Of a DNA stretch of 64,000 bases, positions 8,291 through 18,036 are shown piece by piece. Below the pieces are notes generated by a model that was given only the letters and a program-made list of their open reading frames with translations, searched no databases and was not told the origin of the DNA. Numbering within the stretch: position 1 is the stretch's first letter; each line of letters begins with the position of its first letter. The stretch comes from a virus, in the IMG/VR virus record IMGVR_UViG_3300025305_003938, positions 1-64,000 of that record. One strand, 5' to 3'. A program made the position numbers and the translations under genes.

Positions 8291-9430
8291 GTGGATAATA
8301 AAACAATAAAATTTTTGCGAAGCGAAATTCAAAGGCTAACTGAAGCTGTCTGGGATAAAGATCTTCGGCCCGACCAAGGATCCACACGGTACAATTCACC
8401 GGCTGTCGACGCGGGGTACGCGCACCTACGGCCCGGAGCAAAAGGGCCCGAACCGAGTATTAAGTCACATGGGCCGGCCAGCATATCTCCTAAAGATATG
8501 GATCGTACAGATGTTGAAAACTTGGGCTCTTTACCAAAAAAACAATTTCGAAATGGTAAGCAGCTTATAAACGTTTTCTTTGCAAAGGGAAGTAAGGGTG
8601 ATCGGTACCGGTTAATTGCAGCCGACCAGCTTAGTGTTCGTGAATCAGTTGGGGAAGCTTTTGCAAAGGGGAGATTGAACGTTGCGCGCGAGCTGATCTA
8701 TGATAAACATGGAAAAGCAAAAGTTAACACCACACCACAAGAGATATATTTATATAAAACAGCGCGCTGGGAGAACGCCGAAAGAGCATATGCCAGTATG
8801 TCCGGTGATGAGTCCAGCTTTGATACTATCAAGTCTGAGCTTGTGGCCGATGAAGAAGAGATTTCGAAATTAGGCGATCACTTGCAATTACAACACAATA
8901 TAGTCGACGTATATAATCAATTTGCCCGCGGCGGAACGGATTTTATTAATCTCGCGAATCACATAATCAATGATCCCGATGCGTACAGACAATTGCAGGC
9001 CCGGGCCGGAATTGATGAGGCGGAGGGAGAACGATGGCCAGTACAAAGTTTTGTCACAAACCCTGATCTTCTTGACGCTTTCATAGAAACATTCGAACGT
9101 TCTAAAGTAGATCCGGTTAAGAAGAGGTTTGCGGCCGGTGAGTTTGATATCGATGAAGGATTCGATGCGGGACGGCATATAGATGATACAAAGAGAGCTT
9201 TTGCGGCCAGCGAACATGGGGGCCGAAATGAACATGAAGCCGATGATGCCGTACGGCAAACTTATAATCTTCCAAATGGCTGGCAAGAAGACCCCACTAT
9301 TGATCCGGAGAAGTTAGCTTTTTATAAGAAACAGTATGAGATGCTGCTTAATAAATTAAATACCGGTATATTTGATATCGATGAAAGCCTAGATGATGTC
9401 ATCGATGAAGTGATCAATGAATTGTTATGA
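8291..9430 (+). CDS. hypothetical protein, probable virion internal protein
   Basis: GTG start 4 nt after CTAATTA; LTE near the N-terminus, repeated FDIDE, ends LDDVIDEVINELL. Confidence 0.75.
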   Translation: MDNKTIKFLRSEIQRLTEAVWDKDLRPDQGSTRYNSPAVDAGYAHLRPGAKGPEPSIKSHGPASISPKDMDRTDVENLGSLPKKQFRNGKQLINVFFAKGSKGDRYRLIAADQLSVRESVGEAFAKGRLNVARELIYDKHGKAKVNTTPQEIYLYKTARWENAERAYASMSGDESSFDTIKSELVADEEEISKLGDHLQLQHNIVDVYNQFARGGTDFINLANHIINDPDAYRQLQARAGIDEAEGERWPVQSFVTNPDLLDAFIETFERSKVDPVKKRFAAGEFDIDEGFDAGRHIDDTKRAFAASEHGGRNEHEADDAVRQTYNLPNGWQEDPTIDPEKLAFYKKQYEMLLNKLNTGIFDIDESLDDVIDEVINELL

Positions 9431-10509
9431 ACCTTCTAAAATTGATTCTAGAGTTTCTTAAGAATCTTTTTATTAAAGACCCTTCACGTATCGAAGGCCC
9501 AAAGCCAGAGAAGGTTGTTGAAGATTTCAAGAAGGCCTTTCCCACAAAAGAAGAGGCAGCTGAGAATATATCCACTAGTGAGGAAATTATGGACAAAATA
9601 TTTTACAATGAAGCCTCCGCAGAAAAGTTAGGTTGGAAGCCCAGCTGGTTTGGTGCCGAAGAAAACGACGAAGAGCTAATCGAAGCTGTTAAAGTGTTCC
9701 AGGGAGAGCACGGTTTGCAATCCGATGGACTTGTTGGGCCCACTACTTTCAGGCGTATCTGGACATCTAGAGAGTCGCGGATAGACTCCTACGGACCCTC
9801 AGAGGCAAAAAATGATAATAAAATCAACCACTTAGTGCACAATGGCTCATTTTACGAGATTAAGTGGGACAAAGTAAAATTATGGTCTGAGGAGGACGGG
9901 TTGTCTTGTTATCCCACAGGAGGTCGCAAACAATACTACGATTATGCCGGAAAACCTGAAAGAGAGCCTAAGTTCTTTGTTAACCATTGGGATGTCTGTT
10001 TGAATTCTGCCTCGTGCGCGCGTGTATTACAACAAAGAGGAATCTCAATTCACTTCTGCATTGATAATGATGGTACAATATACCAACTCTTGGACACTCA
10101 GCATGCAGCATGGCACGCCGGCGGTAACAAATGGAACCACAACTGCTTGGGCGTAGAGATATCAAATGCATATTATCCAAAATACCAGCCATGGTATGAG
10201 AGAAATGGCTTTGGCGAACGGCCGATCATTTCCGAACAAGAGATCCACGGCCAAATTCTACCAGATTTCACTGATTTTTATCCCGTACAGATTGAAGCGC
10301 TCAAAGCTCTTTGGGAGGCCATCCATAACAAATTCGATATTCCATATGCATGCCCAGTCGACAGTGCAGGGGAGACGCTTTGGGCGGTGTCTGATCAAGC
10401 TGCAGCTAACGAATTCGAAGGATTCATCAGCCACTATCATCTATATCCACAAAAAATCGATTGTGCTGGGCTAGATATCAAGAAACTAATGAAAGAAATT
10501 AAGAAGTAA
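9427..10509 (+). CDS. endolysin: PG-binding domain + N-acetylmuramoyl-L-alanine amidase (Amidase_2)
   Basis: VKVFQGEHGLQSDGLVGPTT; NHW, SIHFCIDNDGTIYQ, AWHAG, GVEI, SHYH...KIDC. Confidence 0.9.
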   Translation: MNLLKLILEFLKNLFIKDPSRIEGPKPEKVVEDFKKAFPTKEEAAENISTSEEIMDKIFYNEASAEKLGWKPSWFGAEENDEELIEAVKVFQGEHGLQSDGLVGPTTFRRIWTSRESRIDSYGPSEAKNDNKINHLVHNGSFYEIKWDKVKLWSEEDGLSCYPTGGRKQYYDYAGKPEREPKFFVNHWDVCLNSASCARVLQQRGISIHFCIDNDGTIYQLLDTQHAAWHAGGNKWNHNCLGVEISNAYYPKYQPWYERNGFGERPIISEQEIHGQILPDFTDFYPVQIEALKALWEAIHNKFDIPYACPVDSAGETLWAVSDQAAANEFEGFISHYHLYPQKIDCAGLDIKKLMKEIKK

Positions 10510-10560
10510 TTTTTTTAAATTTCTTGCCTTATGCATTAAAATATACTACTCTAGTATAGC

Positions 10561-11079
10561 ATGTCAAATTTGCAAACTCTAAAATTAGACTCCGCATTTA
10601 ACCCTATAGGGATAGTCTCGTGGGAGGAGGGCCTAGTATTAACGTTGATGGGCAAGGCCTTCGTTTTAGAGGCTTATGATGATGTTGTTAGATCTCAAAA
10701 AGAAACATTCCAAATTCCAGCAGTCGTTGTATTGAAGAAGTATATCAAATACTGGGTGGCAGGTTCTGATATATCGTGCATTAGAAAGAACGTCCTTATT
10801 CGCGATGAGTATCGATGTCAATATTGTTATAAATTCTTTGCGGCTAAAGATTTAACTCTTGACCATGTAATGCCAAAATCTCGGAATGGTAAGAAAGAAT
10901 GGAAGAATATGGTGTCAGCATGCTTACCGTGTAATCAGAGGAAGGGCGCCCATACGCCGAAGGAGGCTGGCTTTAAACTCTTTCGTACACCCAAGCGACC
11001 AACGATGAGGGAGTCCCTTCGAATGACAGTTAAATTTAGTCACATAGTTAATGAGACTTGGAAACCTTACTTGAAATAA
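10561..11079 (+). CDS. HNH endonuclease (McrA-like)
   Basis: RDEYRCQYC, LTLDHVMPKSRNG, NMVSACLPCNQRKG. Confidence 0.9.
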   Translation: MSNLQTLKLDSAFNPIGIVSWEEGLVLTLMGKAFVLEAYDDVVRSQKETFQIPAVVVLKKYIKYWVAGSDISCIRKNVLIRDEYRCQYCYKFFAAKDLTLDHVMPKSRNGKKEWKNMVSACLPCNQRKGAHTPKEAGFKLFRTPKRPTMRESLRMTVKFSHIVNETWKPYLK

Positions 11080-11083
11080 AGCT

Positions 11084-11392
11084 ATGTTAACCTTTACACA
11101 AAATGCGATAAAACAGCTTAACAAAGTTTTAGAATTGGAAGAACATATACGAGTTGCTATTGTCGGTGGAGGGTGCAGCGGAATGACTTATACTATGGAT
11201 ATTGATACAGCATGTGACGACGATGACATCATTATAGAATTAGAGGCCGTCCGTGTATATGTTGATCCGGTATCTGCCGGTATCTTAGTTAGCACCACTA
11301 TAGATTTTGTAAAAACAGGCCTTAAAGAAGGATTTGTTTTTAATAATAGCAAAGCAACTACAACTTGTGGGTGCGGTTCTTCTTTCTCTTGA
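11084..11392 (+). CDS. iscA: A-type Fe-S carrier (HesB/IscA/ErpA family)
   Basis: GGGCSG and C-terminal TCGCGSSFS. Confidence 0.92.
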   Translation: MLTFTQNAIKQLNKVLELEEHIRVAIVGGGCSGMTYTMDIDTACDDDDIIIELEAVRVYVDPVSAGILVSTTIDFVKTGLKEGFVFNNSKATTTCGCGSSFS

Positions 11393-11402
11393 TAATTATA
11401 AC

Positions 11403-11804
11403 ATGGTCCTTCCCTCAATCATACTCTCTACTCTGTTTTTAATATCGTCCGTTATATTGTTAGTAACTGGCTACCGATACAGAAAGAAGCAATCAAAGAT
11501 ACTTCTAGAATTAAGCCGTGAAGCAAAGGTCATACTGGATACGATGAGCGACACGGATGAAATGTCTGGACCGATCAACCAAGCTAAAGACAATATTAGT
11601 AACGCAGATTACCTTACTACCCTCTGCACAGTGTTGGTTAAGCAGGCCGGCGGCGAAGTGAGGCTCTTCGAAGAGGATTTTAATAGTATAAGCGAAGGGG
11701 AGTATGTCTCTGTTTACGTTGATACTAAAGATAACAGCCTCTTACTACGCCTAAATACAGTATTCCAGTACTTCAATAACGACGACAGCTCGACCTTTCA
11801 TTAA
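11403..11804 (+). CDS. membrane-anchored hypothetical protein
   Basis: N-terminal TM helix from ATG 11403. Confidence 0.65.
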   Translation: MVLPSIILSTLFLISSVILLVTGYRYRKKQSKILLELSREAKVILDTMSDTDEMSGPINQAKDNISNADYLTTLCTVLVKQAGGEVRLFEEDFNSISEGEYVSVYVDTKDNSLLLRLNTVFQYFNNDDSSTFH

Positions 11805-11851
11805 AATATATTTTAACCATTGTGCTCCCTAGTTATTATAGGGAGTATATT

Positions 11852-12457
11852 ATGAAGAATACATTATTTTTATTGTCTCTTCTCTCAATAGTTGCTTGTG
11901 TCACAGATCTAGATGTCACTATTGATGATGATGACGACAACGATTCGACACCAATTGTAGATATGCAGCCGGCCTATGATCCAGCCGTCAATTGGGAAAC
12001 ATGCGGTTCTAAAGAGGGAGACCATCCGTGCAATATTATTGCGGTCGATCACAACGGCGATGAGTTTGACTTATATGCCAACTACGGCTCTTTGATTGTA
12101 GTGGATCTTTCCACCATGTGGTGTGGCCCTTGCAACAGTGCCGGCGCACATGCACAAGAAGTGCAAGATTTATACGCGGCAGACGATCTGATTTATGTAA
12201 CAGTCTTGATCGAAAATCGCCATGGAGTGCCGCCTTCGGCAGACGATATTCAGGAGTGGGTAGTCAACTATGGAAATACCACATCTCCTGTGCTTGCGAG
12301 TGATCGGAGCATGCTCGTTAGCAGCGGGGGCGACTGGGAATTGGCTGGTTGGCCAACGTTCTTCTATATTGATCGCAATATGGTAATTCGCGATGTCGAC
12401 AGAGGATACAGCCCGGAAGAAGTTATCTACTCAATCGAATGGTTGTTATCGTTGTAG
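11852..12457 (+). CDS. TlpA/ResA-like thioredoxin-fold lipoprotein
   Basis: Lipobox-like IVAC; WCGPC; WPTFFYIDR cis-Pro region. Confidence 0.88.
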   Translation: MKNTLFLLSLLSIVACVTDLDVTIDDDDDNDSTPIVDMQPAYDPAVNWETCGSKEGDHPCNIIAVDHNGDEFDLYANYGSLIVVDLSTMWCGPCNSAGAHAQEVQDLYAADDLIYVTVLIENRHGVPPSADDIQEWVVNYGNTTSPVLASDRSMLVSSGGDWELAGWPTFFYIDRNMVIRDVDRGYSPEEVIYSIEWLLSL

Positions 12458-12461
12458 GGGT

Positions 12462-13358
12462 ATGAACATGCTCAGGCTTAAACTGTCTTTCATTCTTTTA
12501 TTTGCCATAGGTTGTTCTGAATATCAACTTTCTCCAATTGGCGAGGAAGAAGAACCCACAGTCGACACAGCTCCGGAAACCTTCGACCCGCCACCTATAG
12601 GATCGCATAGATTTCTAATTGTTGATCAGGCCGAGCTTGTGCACGTTATCGATGAACAGGCGAATATTATTAACTCTTTCGAGTCCCCTAGTGCAATTGA
12701 TATTACATATGATGAAGCAACAGAAAAAGTTATTGTCTTGAAGGAGGTGTTTGGAGAATCGAATCCTGTTTTGATTTCGTCAACGACAGGTGACGGTGGC
12801 GGGATCCTACATACATATTCCAACCCCAACAAAGCCGAATTTATCAACGGCTCTTTGGTTTTAATGGGAGATTCAGAGAAGCTAGAATACTTTCATCCCG
12901 GATCGGGAACATTGATTTCGTCACGAATTGGTAGTTGGCGGGGGATGGTAGAGATTCCCAACTTTAGTGGATTTGGAGCACTTGAGAGTATCACCGGCTG
13001 CTTGTGGAAAATCCATCCGATGAACGGAGAACAGATTAATATGATCTGTGGATTAAGTCTTACAGACGTTACTGCGGCTGGGATGGACGATGGGGGGAAT
13101 CTTTATTTTTCGAAACCAGGGGGGAAGCTTTATATATTGGAGTCTGGTGAGATAAACCCATCGATATATGAGCTTCCGAACACAAAACGTGTAGAACACA
13201 TCGAGGCCTGGGACGAAGAAGCAGTGTGGATATACAGTGAAGACATGGATGGTGACGGAGGATCTTATACGCTAAGGCGCGTCTGGTTCGATGGATCCCG
13301 TCAAGATGTTTTCTCTATAAATTTAAACGCTTGGTCTAATTTTGAAGTGATACATTAG
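12462..13358 (+). CDS. lipoprotein, probable beta-propeller
   Basis: Signal peptide ending AIGC; repeated beta-strand patterns such as DDGGNLYFS. Confidence 0.7.
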   Translation: MNMLRLKLSFILLFAIGCSEYQLSPIGEEEEPTVDTAPETFDPPPIGSHRFLIVDQAELVHVIDEQANIINSFESPSAIDITYDEATEKVIVLKEVFGESNPVLISSTTGDGGGILHTYSNPNKAEFINGSLVLMGDSEKLEYFHPGSGTLISSRIGSWRGMVEIPNFSGFGALESITGCLWKIHPMNGEQINMICGLSLTDVTAAGMDDGGNLYFSKPGGKLYILESGEINPSIYELPNTKRVEHIEAWDEEAVWIYSEDMDGDGGSYTLRRVWFDGSRQDVFSINLNAWSNFEVIH

Positions 13359-13397
13359 TAATTTTATTACTATTTATAGTAAACGGGATTACTACTC

Positions 13398-13739
13398 ATG
13401 AGATTAGCTAAACATATCCAAGCCATTCTGGTAGTTTTATTCCTTGCCGGCGTGGCATGCGGGCCGTCCACTAATACTAACAGTGGCGAGTCCGTGTATC
13501 AGATGTATTGTGTATCATGCCATGGAACTGATGGAAAAGGAAATCGAGGATATGCGGCCGATTTCGTTAATGATAAAGAGCGAATGTCCAAATCAGATGA
13601 AGAATTGCTTAATAGTATTAGAGACGGCTTCCGCGGGACCATGGGTCAGATGCCTAGGTGGAAAAATAAATTGAGCGAAAAAGAAATAATATCAGTTTTA
13701 AAATATATTCGCGAAACATTTGGGAAATCAGTCGAATGA
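13398..13739 (+). CDS. monohaem class I c-type cytochrome (lipoprotein)
   Basis: Lipobox-like GVAC; haem motif CVSCHG; distal Met in GQMPRW; LSEKEIISVLKYI helix. Confidence 0.92.
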   Translation: MRLAKHIQAILVVLFLAGVACGPSTNTNSGESVYQMYCVSCHGTDGKGNRGYAADFVNDKERMSKSDEELLNSIRDGFRGTMGQMPRWKNKLSEKEIISVLKYIRETFGKSVE

Positions 13740-14416
13740 AACTCCTACTTGAAAACTGGCGAGAGTATTTGAAAGAGCAAGAGACAATTGCTTTGGGGCA
13801 ATGTTATCCGTTTGCTGTTGAGATGTCCAACAAATCATCAAAGTCTGAATTTGCCGACTTGTCCAAGTTCAAGGTTGTACATGGTAGAATCACTGACAAG
13901 TTCAGTGGCGAAAGCGTCCTTCACGCTTGGGTGGAGAAAGGAAACATGGTGTTTGATGACCAAACCAAACACACAAGGCCAAATGGTACTCCTAAGGCAG
14001 TGTATTATGATATATATCAACCAGAGCCACACGAAGAATATACCGCAGAAGAAACGATACTCAAATGTATAAAAACAGGACACAAAGGCCCGTGGACTAA
14101 CAATCAGCGAGAGTTGCCTGAATATTTATATCATGGTACCAGCATCAAGCAATACAATAGAATGAAAGAAAATAGATTTCAGGTAAAAGAATTCTATCTT
14201 GCCGATACCGATGATAAGTCTGCCGAGTATGCCGAAAAACAATCGATTGCCGATGGAAGCGAAGAATCTGTAATTCTAACACTGGATACAAAAATGCTTA
14301 TTGGCGATCTAAGAACAGACCGTGGATCAAATCCCGAAGAGTGGGAATATGATATGGGCCAATGGGTTTTTGCCGGCAATATAAAAGATGCCATCACTAA
14401 TAAGGAGAGCTGGTAA
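13736..14416 (+). CDS. MKLLLENW-leader protein; Cys-His-Asp (transglutaminase-like) domain + ADP-ribosyltransferase-like domain
   Basis: GQCY...HAWVE...VFD; YLYHGTS...FYLA...AEYA. Confidence 0.65.
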   Translation: MKLLLENWREYLKEQETIALGQCYPFAVEMSNKSSKSEFADLSKFKVVHGRITDKFSGESVLHAWVEKGNMVFDDQTKHTRPNGTPKAVYYDIYQPEPHEEYTAEETILKCIKTGHKGPWTNNQRELPEYLYHGTSIKQYNRMKENRFQVKEFYLADTDDKSAEYAEKQSIADGSEESVILTLDTKMLIGDLRTDRGSNPEEWEYDMGQWVFAGNIKDAITNKESW

Positions 14417-15097
14417 ATGAAACTCCTACTTGAAAACTGGCGGAAGTATTTGGCAGAAGAATCTCAACCCATCAAAAAACTGCGTATCTTTGATTTCGAC
14501 GAAACGATTGCTTACACGGATTCGCAAGTCAGGGTCACTCTCCCGAATGGCAAGTCGAAATCGTTTCCAAGTCAGAAGAGCTGGGATGATTTTATCGCGA
14601 AGCATTCAGAACGAAGCCGCGGCCCTAGAAAGTCCATGGAAGAGCTAGAAGCTGATGGCTATGTTTTTGACTTCACAGATTATTCCAAAGTCATCGATCC
14701 AGAAGAGAACAAAATGATCACAAAGATTATCTCTGATGTTATCAATGCTAATAAAGAGAACCCGGAACGCGAAATATATATTATCACAGCCAGGGGCCCC
14801 GAAGCTGAAGAGTCCATTAGAAAATATCTTAGAACCGTAGGCCTAGAACCGGAAGCCTTCGAAGGCATTATTGGCTTAAACGGAGCCTCTAAGCGCGATG
14901 AGATAAACAATATTATCAGCCGGCACACTGACGAATCGGGAATGACATCCATAGAAAGTATACACTTTTTTGATGATTCAGATAAAAACCTTGAAGACGT
15001 AAAACGAATCCGCGATGAACATCCAGAAATAGAGGATATTCGAATCAAGAAAGTCGTCCGCGGGGATATCTTAAGCTTAGAAGAAACCATTTACTAG
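14417..15097 (+). CDS. MKLLLENW-leader protein; HAD-superfamily phosphatase
   Basis: IFDFDETI (DxD), IITAR, K, FFDDSDKN. Confidence 0.8.
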   Translation: MKLLLENWRKYLAEESQPIKKLRIFDFDETIAYTDSQVRVTLPNGKSKSFPSQKSWDDFIAKHSERSRGPRKSMEELEADGYVFDFTDYSKVIDPEENKMITKIISDVINANKENPEREIYIITARGPEAEESIRKYLRTVGLEPEAFEGIIGLNGASKRDEINNIISRHTDESGMTSIESIHFFDDSDKNLEDVKRIRDEHPEIEDIRIKKVVRGDILSLEETIY

Positions 15098-15110
15098 GAA
15101 TTAGTTCTTT

Positions 15111-15638
15111 ATGAGAGTCGACCACATTGCATACAGAGTTACTGACAGGGATGCTGCAGCGCAGTTCTTTATTGAATCATTGGGATATAAAATAGCTGAT
15201 GAGTTTGAGATTAAATTTGAAGATGACACATGCGCGCAATGTTACGCATTAACACCATCAGAGAAGATAAGCAACATAGAAGATTTCAATCAGTGGACTA
15301 CATTGACTAATGATGGAGAGTATCATATGCCACCAGAGATATTTGTTTCCCAAGGTTCGCCTGGATCTATAGTTGATCGATGGGTGTGCGAAAATGGGAA
15401 CGGCATACATCATGTTGCTTATCAAGTTGATAATGTCGCTGCAACCATGAAAGAATGGAAAGAAAAAGGCTGGGCCTCCTTCACGACAGAAGGGCCGATT
15501 ACCGCCAATGGTTTGACGCAGTGTTTTACAAAGCCGCATCATCTAACTGGTATGATATATGAGTTTATATTTAGAACGAAAAAGGGCTTTAATATCGATA
15601 ATGTAAAAGACTTGATGACGAGCACTGTAGGCAACTAA
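15111..15638 (+). CDS. VOC/glyoxalase-family metalloenzyme
   Basis: VDHIAYRV, GIHHVAYQVDNV, LTQCFTKP, IYEFI. Confidence 0.85.
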   Translation: MRVDHIAYRVTDRDAAAQFFIESLGYKIADEFEIKFEDDTCAQCYALTPSEKISNIEDFNQWTTLTNDGEYHMPPEIFVSQGSPGSIVDRWVCENGNGIHHVAYQVDNVAATMKEWKEKGWASFTTEGPITANGLTQCFTKPHHLTGMIYEFIFRTKKGFNIDNVKDLMTSTVGN

Positions 15639-15645
15639 TTATAAT

Positions 15646-16083
15646 ATGAAACTCCTACTTGAACAATGGCGGAAACTTATTAGTGAAGAAGAGTGGAGAG
15701 CATCTGGTGAAGAAATGATGTTTCCTGCTAAGTTTATGTTCTCGCATATGGGTGAGTATAGAACAGAACAGCGATGGAGAGATTTTGCAAAACTCTCAGA
15801 AGAAGAGAAGGTAAAGTGGGCACAGTCGGTTAATGTTGAGGAGCCCGTTGAGGTTACAGTTTTTGCCGATGGGATGTTTGGCCATGGAGATGGCCACCAT
15901 CGCGTAATGGCCGGGAGAATCTTGAACGTGAAAATACCCATTATCATAAGCAGAAATAAACTGAAGGAAAAGAGTCCAGAATTGTGGGAAAAGTGGCTGA
16001 GCTTGATCGATCAAGGAAAGAGTCCAAAAGAATTAAACCCAGAAGGATACATACTTTCAACACCAGATGATATACCCGCATGA
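15646..16083 (+). CDS. MKLLLEQW-leader protein; ParB/sulfiredoxin-like domain
   Basis: DGHHRV motif. Confidence 0.7.
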   Translation: MKLLLEQWRKLISEEEWRASGEEMMFPAKFMFSHMGEYRTEQRWRDFAKLSEEEKVKWAQSVNVEEPVEVTVFADGMFGHGDGHHRVMAGRILNVKIPIIISRNKLKEKSPELWEKWLSLIDQGKSPKELNPEGYILSTPDDIPA

Positions 16084-16259
16084 AGTTACTAGAAAACCAA
16101 GCGTATATCAAGATTCCTGATTGGGATTATCCAATAATTGTTGATATTATCTCAAGAAACGAAGAAAAGCAGACGATTAACGTATCTTACTATTGTGGTT
16201 TGCACGAAAGGCGGTTATTAGATACTGTCCCAACTAGCTGGATTATGAAAGAAAATTAG
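16080..16259 (+). CDS. small hypothetical protein (MKLLENQ...)
   Basis: ATGA overlap with the previous stop; 59 aa translated by hand. Confidence 0.55.
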   Translation: MKLLENQAYIKIPDWDYPIIVDIISRNEEKQTINVSYYCGLHERRLLDTVPTSWIMKEN

Positions 16260-16377
16260 CTTTTCTGGTTTTTAGATTGGTCATTGGTAAAATAATTGAC
16301 GCAAATAGGTAATTTTTCTTAAGTTTTGATTAGAAAAACACTAATTATAGTGTTATCTAATTTTAGAGGCTAATATT

Positions 16378-17100
16378 ATGAAAGTTGTAATCAGCAAAAC
16401 TTGCAATGCATTGAACGAACTCGGGTATATTGAACCAGTTCACGATCCTAGGCCGACAACGAACGAAGAGGGGTTTATGACCGCCGAACAAGAGGCGGAA
16501 CTTGAAGCTCTTGCAGCGTCGATTGTCTCGTCTGAAATAGCGCAAAGAAAAATGGCAGACGAGGCCGCGGCCGAGGGACATTCTCCGGAAGAATATTTGG
16601 AATATCTTCGAAACCACTATGGCGATGAAAGTTTCGTCATTCAATATAAGGATTTACTGTCCGACGAAGACGAACTTCGTGCAGAGAACAAAATTAGTAT
16701 TTCGCACGCACAACTAAAAAGTATTATTTTAGAGGAACTAGAAGAGACTAAGCTGCTTCGTTCTTTATACGGGACGCATGTTGATCTTGGCAAAGTTAAG
16801 GTTCCTCATCGCGGTTCCAAATCCGCTCCCACTATTCCAGTATATGATGAAGATGGAAAAGAACATTATGTAAGCTATGATAGTATTACATATGATGACG
16901 GGAAAAAAGAAGGCTTATCAAACCAAATTAAGCAAAGAAGATTAGAAAGACAAAAATTAGAAGAAGAGGGAACCGCTATAGCTGGTATTGAAGCTTTGGC
17001 CTCACGTATGCGCAGCGACATTGAGAGCGTAGCTAAAGAGGCGAAAATAACGACAGCGGCGTTATTATCACTTATTAGTCAAGAACTGACACAAAAATAA
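16378..17100 (+). CDS. hypothetical protein with internal ISHAQLKSIILEEL motif
   Basis: SD GAGG; CTAATTA at 16341. Confidence 0.75.
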   Translation: MKVVISKTCNALNELGYIEPVHDPRPTTNEEGFMTAEQEAELEALAASIVSSEIAQRKMADEAAAEGHSPEEYLEYLRNHYGDESFVIQYKDLLSDEDELRAENKISISHAQLKSIILEELEETKLLRSLYGTHVDLGKVKVPHRGSKSAPTIPVYDEDGKEHYVSYDSITYDDGKKEGLSNQIKQRRLERQKLEEEGTAIAGIEALASRMRSDIESVAKEAKITTAALLSLISQELTQK

Positions 17101-17113
17101 AGGAACATATATC

Positions 17114-17254
17114 ATGAAAGAATTACTAAAAGACGCACTAGACTTAGCAAGACGACTAGTCTTATTGCAGCAGCCTAGAGAAGCTTATGTTGTACTAGTT
17201 GCAACTGGCCTATCTGGCTTTATTGCCGGCCTTATTGTCGCAGGGACCTTGTAG
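17114..17254 (+). CDS. small membrane protein
   Basis: SD AAGGA; MKELLKD...C-terminal TM helix; 46 aa translated by hand. Confidence 0.6.
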   Translation: MKELLKDALDLARRLVLLQQPREAYVVLVATGLSGFIAGLIVAGTL

Positions 17255-17261
17255 AAAAAAA

Positions 17262-17753
17262 ATGAAAATCACCAAACAAGAGCTGAAAGAAATTATCAAG
17301 GAAGAACTTGCTAGTACATTAGTCGTACAAGAAGCCATGTCTGAGCTTCGATCAAAATGGTTCAAGATACAGAGTCAATCTGATCGCGACCCCAATAGGC
17401 GCTCCGAGTATCTGGTCGCGCTGCAGGCGGAGAAGCTAATTAGACTAATAGAAGAACATTCAGAGTTTGAGAATAAATATAATACGATGATGGGTCGCCT
17501 CGATAGGCTAGAAGAATCAGATCTAAAAGCCGAAGCCATCAGCGATGTTCAGGGGTATCTTGCTTCTGTTAAGAAAGAAGAGATTTCGGAAGGTTGGGGT
17601 CAGAAAACCACTACCGCACAGGTTGATCAAGGAATCCGAAAAGGGAAGATAATATCAGGAGTAAAACGAATTGTATTAGATAAGAGCACTCCGGAAAATA
17701 CCCTTGTAGGGTTAGAGACATGGATTCGTGGAATCGAAGGAGAATTAAAATGA
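17262..17753 (+). CDS. MKITK..LKEIIKEEL-leader protein
   Basis: MKITKQELKEIIKEEL from ATG 17262. Confidence 0.8.
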   Translation: MKITKQELKEIIKEELASTLVVQEAMSELRSKWFKIQSQSDRDPNRRSEYLVALQAEKLIRLIEEHSEFENKYNTMMGRLDRLEESDLKAEAISDVQGYLASVKKEEISEGWGQKTTTAQVDQGIRKGKIISGVKRIVLDKSTPENTLVGLETWIRGIEGELK

Positions 17754-18025
17754 AAATCACCAAACAAAGACTAAAAGAGATGATCAAGGAAGAGCTTTCG
17801 GAGGCAGGGGTCCGAATGGATGCTTTGGGAAATGTCAATCCGAGTGATTTAGAGAACAAAGACACCGACGACGAGCCGGTGATGTCTTGGAGCACAGAGC
17901 AGGAGACCGCGTACACCGAGTTGCGCGATGCGGTCAAAACTTGGGTCAATCACACTAGGCAAGGAGGCCTTCTCGACGGCGCCGCTATTAGAAACGCAAT
18001 ACATGACGCCCTGAAGGCGAAGTGA
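17750..18025 (+). CDS. MKITK..LKEIIKEEL-leader protein
   Basis: SD AGGAG; MKITKQRLKEMIKEEL. Confidence 0.8.
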   Translation: MKITKQRLKEMIKEELSEAGVRMDALGNVNPSDLENKDTDDEPVMSWSTEQETAYTELRDAVKTWVNHTRQGGLLDGAAIRNAIHDALKAK

Positions 18026-18036
18026 GGAGACATCGG

